Made by a program: the position numbers and the translations under genes | The notes under the pieces: generated by a model | Told to the model about the DNA's origin: nothing | Seen by the model: only the letters and a program-made list of their open reading frames with translations | Databases searched by the model: none | DNA from: Pseudomonadota bacterium | Lineage (GTDB): Bacteria > Bdellovibrionota > FAC87 > UBA2466 | Assembly (NCBI GenBank): GCA_043767805.1 | Contig: JAYUGC010000002.1 | Span: 1 to 19,332 of the forward strand | DNA: 19,332 nucleotides | Direction: 5' to 3' | In this document: positions 16,301-19,332 of the stretch, piece after piece | Layout: each line of letters opens with the position of its first letter | How positions within the stretch are numbered: the first letter of the stretch is position 1

Positions 16301-18973
16301 GTGCATGGTGACTTCGGTTTGCTTGTGGCTATAGCTCTCGGACTTCAAGCCGACCAGGACCGACGAAGGCAAAAGCCGCGTGGTTCTGGATACCGTTTGC
16401 ACTTCGCCGCTCGGATCGGTGAACTCGAGCTCCGCATAGAGACCGATGGGAACGTCCGACTTCGGCACGTCCTCGACCGTGATTTCCACGGTGCCACTTT
16501 TATCCAGCGCGAGATTTTTGGTTTTTACGTCGGCAAACGGAGATTTTTGTTCTTCCTCGTCCTCCTCGTTCGCAGGGCGCTTCTTTTCTTCCTTCACATC
16601 TCCGTTGGCGAACTTGAACGGCTCGAAGGGGCCGGTTCCCGAGAACTGAGACGGACCGAACTTCGTCCTCACCTTCACCGGCATATCCGCCGCGGGCCCG
16701 CCGGAGAGGTAAATCACGCTCGCGGAGAGGGGCAGTTTCTTGGGAGCGATGGGGACTTGGGTTGGCGTATTGAGCATGGCCCGGAGGAGCGGGATTCTGA
16801 ACTCCTCGACTCGGAAACTTCCGAGGGACAGAGGATTATGGTCTTTCGCGTCCTTAGGAAGACTCAGTCGATATACCCCGAGCTTCGCCTCTTTCGGTAT
16901 CGGCCATTCCGTTTCAGCGGACCCCGTCGCGTCCCACTTCACTTTGAGCTTATAGGTTTGTCCCGATCCTTCGTGCTCGATTTTCAGCTCGCTCCGCTGT
17001 TCTTTCGCGGCGGCGAGCTCCAGACCGGAGCCTGTCTGCTTACGCAAAAAGAGCTTCATGTGCGCGGTCTCTCCCGCGCGAAATAGAGTGCGATCCAAAA
17101 CGGCATGCGACGCCAAAGGAAACCCCGTGGTTTCCGGCGACACCTGAAAACGCCAGCGTTCGATGCCGTCGTTCCAGCTCGTATGCACGAAGGCCATTTC
17201 AGGCCCCGCTTCCGCAGTGACGAATAGGCCGTAGTCGTAGGGAGAGTAACGGTTGTCGGTGCCGCAACCCTTTTCCTTGCCATCTAGCACGTCGAGCGCC
17301 CCGAAATGAGCGAGACCCTGCGCATCGGTCTCACCACTAGCGATCGACTGGCGCTTACAGTTCCACACTTTGACCTGGGCGCCCTTAACCGGCTTCCCAT
17401 CGTCTAATTGCGTGACCCACGCGAGCGAAGATTCGGGCGCCAGTTTGAAGTGCACGGCGAGATTGGTGACGAGGACGGTGGTGGGCACATGAAACGACCC
17501 TTCCTTCCCGAGGAGCGCGGCACCTAGCTGCGGGCTCTCCAATTCGACGACATAGAAGCCCGGCTCACTCAAAGGAATGCCGACGACTTCGAAGTCCTTT
17601 TCCGAAAGCTGACGAGAGATCTTGAAAGGTTTGGGGCTAGCTTTCGGCGCCGGAACTTTTTCGGTTCCGGAAAAAATCGATTTATCTTCCCAGCTGCCCT
17701 TGGCGAGCTCCAGCCAATCTTGAATGTCGGCGAGCCGCGCGGAAGAAATTTTCGCGGCGGATCCCTTGAGATCGCCGAAGTAAGCTTCCACCTTTCCCGA
17801 AGCCCCGTGGGCGCCGAGGCGAAGTAAACTCGCCTTCACGTCTTTCTCGACGTTGCGAACCGTCACGGGAAGGAACCCGCCTCCCTTGGACTCGACGATA
17901 CCGAAAGAACCGGAGAACTTCGCGAGGGTCGGATAAGCCGCCGTCTTGATGCTGAGCGGATAGCGGTCCTCGTTCGCAAGCGGACGCCCGAAATCGTCCT
18001 TCAGAGATTTCGGCAGCTCCAGGGTCAGAGTCGAATTTTCCGGAAACGGAGGCCTGAAGCGAGCGCCGTCTAGGTAATCGGCTCCGCCCTCTCCCCACGT
18101 CTCAGCCTGTTTCGTCCAGCCGTTCGGCCCTTTCAAAACGATCTTTCCCAGAACGTCGCTACTCACCGCCGATGAGAACCGAACCATCATCTGGGAAAGC
18201 GGCGTACACGGTCCCTCGGCCTGAGTGCGCTCGCAATTGAACTCCGCGCGAAACGCGTCTCGCGTGCGGTACTCGAAACGGCGGTTTATCTTCGACACCA
18301 CCCCCGACTTCGATTTCACGCCGGCTCCCCAAACGAGGGTCACCTTCGCTTTGGGCGGAAACGTCTGACGGGCCTGCAAAACCAGAAGCGTGTCCTGAAT
18401 CTTTGGGTTCTTATAGTAGTTCGCTTCCAAAACCGCTTTGCGGTCGCTTCCCTCGATGATCTTAAAGCCCACCCGTTCGGCAATGCCTTCCACTTCGAAG
18501 TACACCGGCTTTTTCATCGACCCCGCGTCCACGGGAGCATCGGTGAGCAAGACGAAAGCCTGATCCTCGGTTAAGTACTCGGCCCCTTCATAAGGTGAGG
18601 TCCGTTGAATGGCCGGGCCACCCGTGGAAAAAGTGAAGTTCCGCGCTTCGATGGCTTTGCCGGCAAGGGACTTTAAGCCCGGCCGGACCTTGAACTCGCA
18701 CCCAACCCCCGCCGGGAGCTCTTCCTTGAAATCGTAAACCCAGAGCTCGGGGTCGACCCACCGGCCTACGCCCCCGTCCCCGCATTTCACCTCAAAGGGA
18801 GCGGCCGGTCTTAAGTCCCCAAAAGGCACCATCGGCTCGGTGAATCGGGCCTTTACCTGCCGGACCGACTTGGCGGCACCTTCCGGCGAGAAGCTTTCGA
18901 CCCCCGCGCCCAGTGCGTTTTGAGCCCAATAGAAAGTGGCGGCGGAAACGAGCACACGGGGAAACGAGATCAC
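13322..18973 (-). CDS. Bacterial alpha-2-macroglobulin (YfhM/MG2 family), 1883 aa
   Basis: Thioester motif YPYTCLEQ (CLEQ at 14669-14680), DRTLFRAGE, FRVEEFR, AVDEGLL, Gly-rich bait region, C-terminal PPTRVEAMYAPE; GTG start with GGAGG RBS; canonical pairing with pbpC. Confidence 0.96.
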   Translation of the reverse strand: MISFPRVLVSAATFYWAQNALGAGVESFSPEGAAKSVRQVKARFTEPMVPFGDLRPAAPFEVKCGDGGVGRWVDPELWVYDFKEELPAGVGCEFKVRPGLKSLAGKAIEARNFTFSTGGPAIQRTSPYEGAEYLTEDQAFVLLTDAPVDAGSMKKPVYFEVEGIAERVGFKIIEGSDRKAVLEANYYKNPKIQDTLLVLQARQTFPPKAKVTLVWGAGVKSKSGVVSKINRRFEYRTRDAFRAEFNCERTQAEGPCTPLSQMMVRFSSAVSSDVLGKIVLKGPNGWTKQAETWGEGGADYLDGARFRPPFPENSTLTLELPKSLKDDFGRPLANEDRYPLSIKTAAYPTLAKFSGSFGIVESKGGGFLPVTVRNVEKDVKASLLRLGAHGASGKVEAYFGDLKGSAAKISSARLADIQDWLELAKGSWEDKSIFSGTEKVPAPKASPKPFKISRQLSEKDFEVVGIPLSEPGFYVVELESPQLGAALLGKEGSFHVPTTVLVTNLAVHFKLAPESSLAWVTQLDDGKPVKGAQVKVWNCKRQSIASGETDAQGLAHFGALDVLDGKEKGCGTDNRYSPYDYGLFVTAEAGPEMAFVHTSWNDGIERWRFQVSPETTGFPLASHAVLDRTLFRAGETAHMKLFLRKQTGSGLELAAAKEQRSELKIEHEGSGQTYKLKVKWDATGSAETEWPIPKEAKLGVYRLSLPKDAKDHNPLSLGSFRVEEFRIPLLRAMLNTPTQVPIAPKKLPLSASVIYLSGGPAADMPVKVRTKFGPSQFSGTGPFEPFKFANGDVKEEKKRPANEEDEEEQKSPFADVKTKNLALDKSGTVEITVEDVPKSDVPIGLYAELEFTDPSGEVQTVSRTTRLLPSSVLVGLKSESYSHKQTEVTMHGAAVDPKGKPIADQEVVLDLFSRDTFTHRKRILGGYYVYEHFTEVKRIGELCRQKTDRRGRFTCVGKSSVGGNVIVRATTKDAEGRSSFAREDIWVYGKDDWRWELPNHDRMDLLAEETRYEPGQTARFQVRMPYQKATALVTVEREGVIESFVRELSGKEPVVEIPIKGSYAPNVFVSVLAIRGRVGDPKPTGLVDLGKPSYKFGLTEIKVGTKAHELKVAVKADREVYRVREKAKVTVKVTPAMGKLGANAEVVIAAVDEGLLELWPNKSWNLLEAMMGRRGYLVGTSTAQMHVIGKRHFGLKALPAGGGGGLAGGGSTRELFDTLLLWKARVKLSPSGEAKVEIPLNDSLTSFKLVAVASAGAGQFGTGDTSVRTSQDLMVLPGIPPLARSGDKLRVGVQLRNTTTHKMTVQLSGSVGGVNRKADSLAAQTVALAPQEAKEAFWDYQVPAMTGELRYTLKASAGGGDTVSVSQKIVDSVPVRAVQGTVLQASAPLQMPVALPVGAEAGRGGVQVKLSPTLVGGLEGVRAYMEQYPYTCLEQQVSRAIALRDRKLWDKAMAKLPGYLDGAGFAKYFPTSREGSEVLSAYLVSVAAAAEWPLPATPENKLLMALEGFAEGRIPRKGQLETSDLSLRKVAALEALAGNGKRLPKLAHLSSVEGDITGWPTSGLIDWVRMLKKVEPGGERFKKGMAQLKARVALQGTTLAFSTEKTDHLWWLMASGDTNAVRALHTLSDEPEWKKDAPRLATGSIGRLHGGHWDLTTANAWGVLAVERFAKLYEKTPVAGQTLMSLGTEKGKVDWKEKGTHVRQFGWPEGKGALDVKHAGAGAPWISLLASAAIALKEPLSAGYRVEKKITPVEQKTKGKWSRGDLARVSVKVTGQSPMTWVVINDPIPTGSALLGTGLGRDSALATQGEKTTGTWASVAFEERSFEGFRRYLDYLPEGDYQLEYTVRLNNPGTFQLPPTRVEAMYAPEMFGEIPNAIWEVGS

Positions 18974-19141
18974 GAGGCCTCCAGAGCGCTAACTTATTTG
19001 AGTCATTACGCTAATGGAGAAGACGGAGGGGGAAAAGAAGAAGTAACGAGCCTTTTACAGATTCCCGAAAGGCTAAAAAACCAGAAGGCCCTTCCATTTA
19101 CTTGAATTCTGTGGTTTTTTGCGGCACAACATTCGGTCACA

Positions 19142-19332
19142 ATGGACGCTCGTAAAATAATTCTATTTTGCCACTTGGCCGCAGGCGCTCTCGTTTGGTT
19201 TTTGACCCGATCGGGGATCAATTACCTTTACCTGACTTTTTATCAGGTGCGACGGTTAGCCGGCATCACCGCGATTAGGGAAGTCGTGCCCGTAGTACTG
19301 GGCGCCCTGACCTTCTTCCTTCTGTTTAGAAG
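19142..19332 (+). CDS. secE: Probable preprotein translocase subunit SecE (long form), 5' part, runs off the window
   Basis: My translation: MDARKIILFCHLAAGALVWFLTRSGINYLYLTFYQVRRLAGITAIREVVPVVLGALTFFLLFR, open to the edge. Two hydrophobic segments with a PVxxG resemble the N-terminus of Bdellovibrionota-type SecE as I recall it; the diagnostic KVxWP motif would lie beyond the window. Confidence 0.5.
   Translation, partial: MDARKIILFCHLAAGALVWFLTRSGINYLYLTFYQVRRLAGITAIREVVPVVLGALTFFLLFR

Noticed and set aside
14981..17086. 701-aa plus-strand ORF
   Set aside because: Antisense shadow of the alpha-2-macroglobulin gene; Arg/His-rich and motif-free, typical of GC-rich codon bias.

Overview
GC-rich bacterial window, probably Bdellovibrionota/Deltaproteobacteria-like (inferred from gene content, not verified). 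The right half holds recognisable envelope genes: a Kef-type CPA2 K+/H+ antiporter, an alpha-2-macroglobulin + PBP1C operon followed by a 10-cysteine secreted miniprotein, and the 5' end of a probable secE. The left half is an accessory cluster of signal-peptide proteins of unknown function, plus a SYLF/Ysc84 lipid-binding protein and a DUF222-like HNH endonuclease. Main signal: three large secreted low-complexity proteins (979-2055, 2646-4007, 7044-8777) each sit directly behind the same variant sigma-54 promoter, CTGGCA-N5-TATGCA. Two of them share two short motifs ([DE]RLLxS[LV]xxxARAI and a terminal PA[SG]GH[RK]G). The third has a Cys-rich HExxH domain. This suggests a co-regulated secreted-protein family that I do not recognise. 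No rRNA, tRNA, CRISPR array or transposase was seen.
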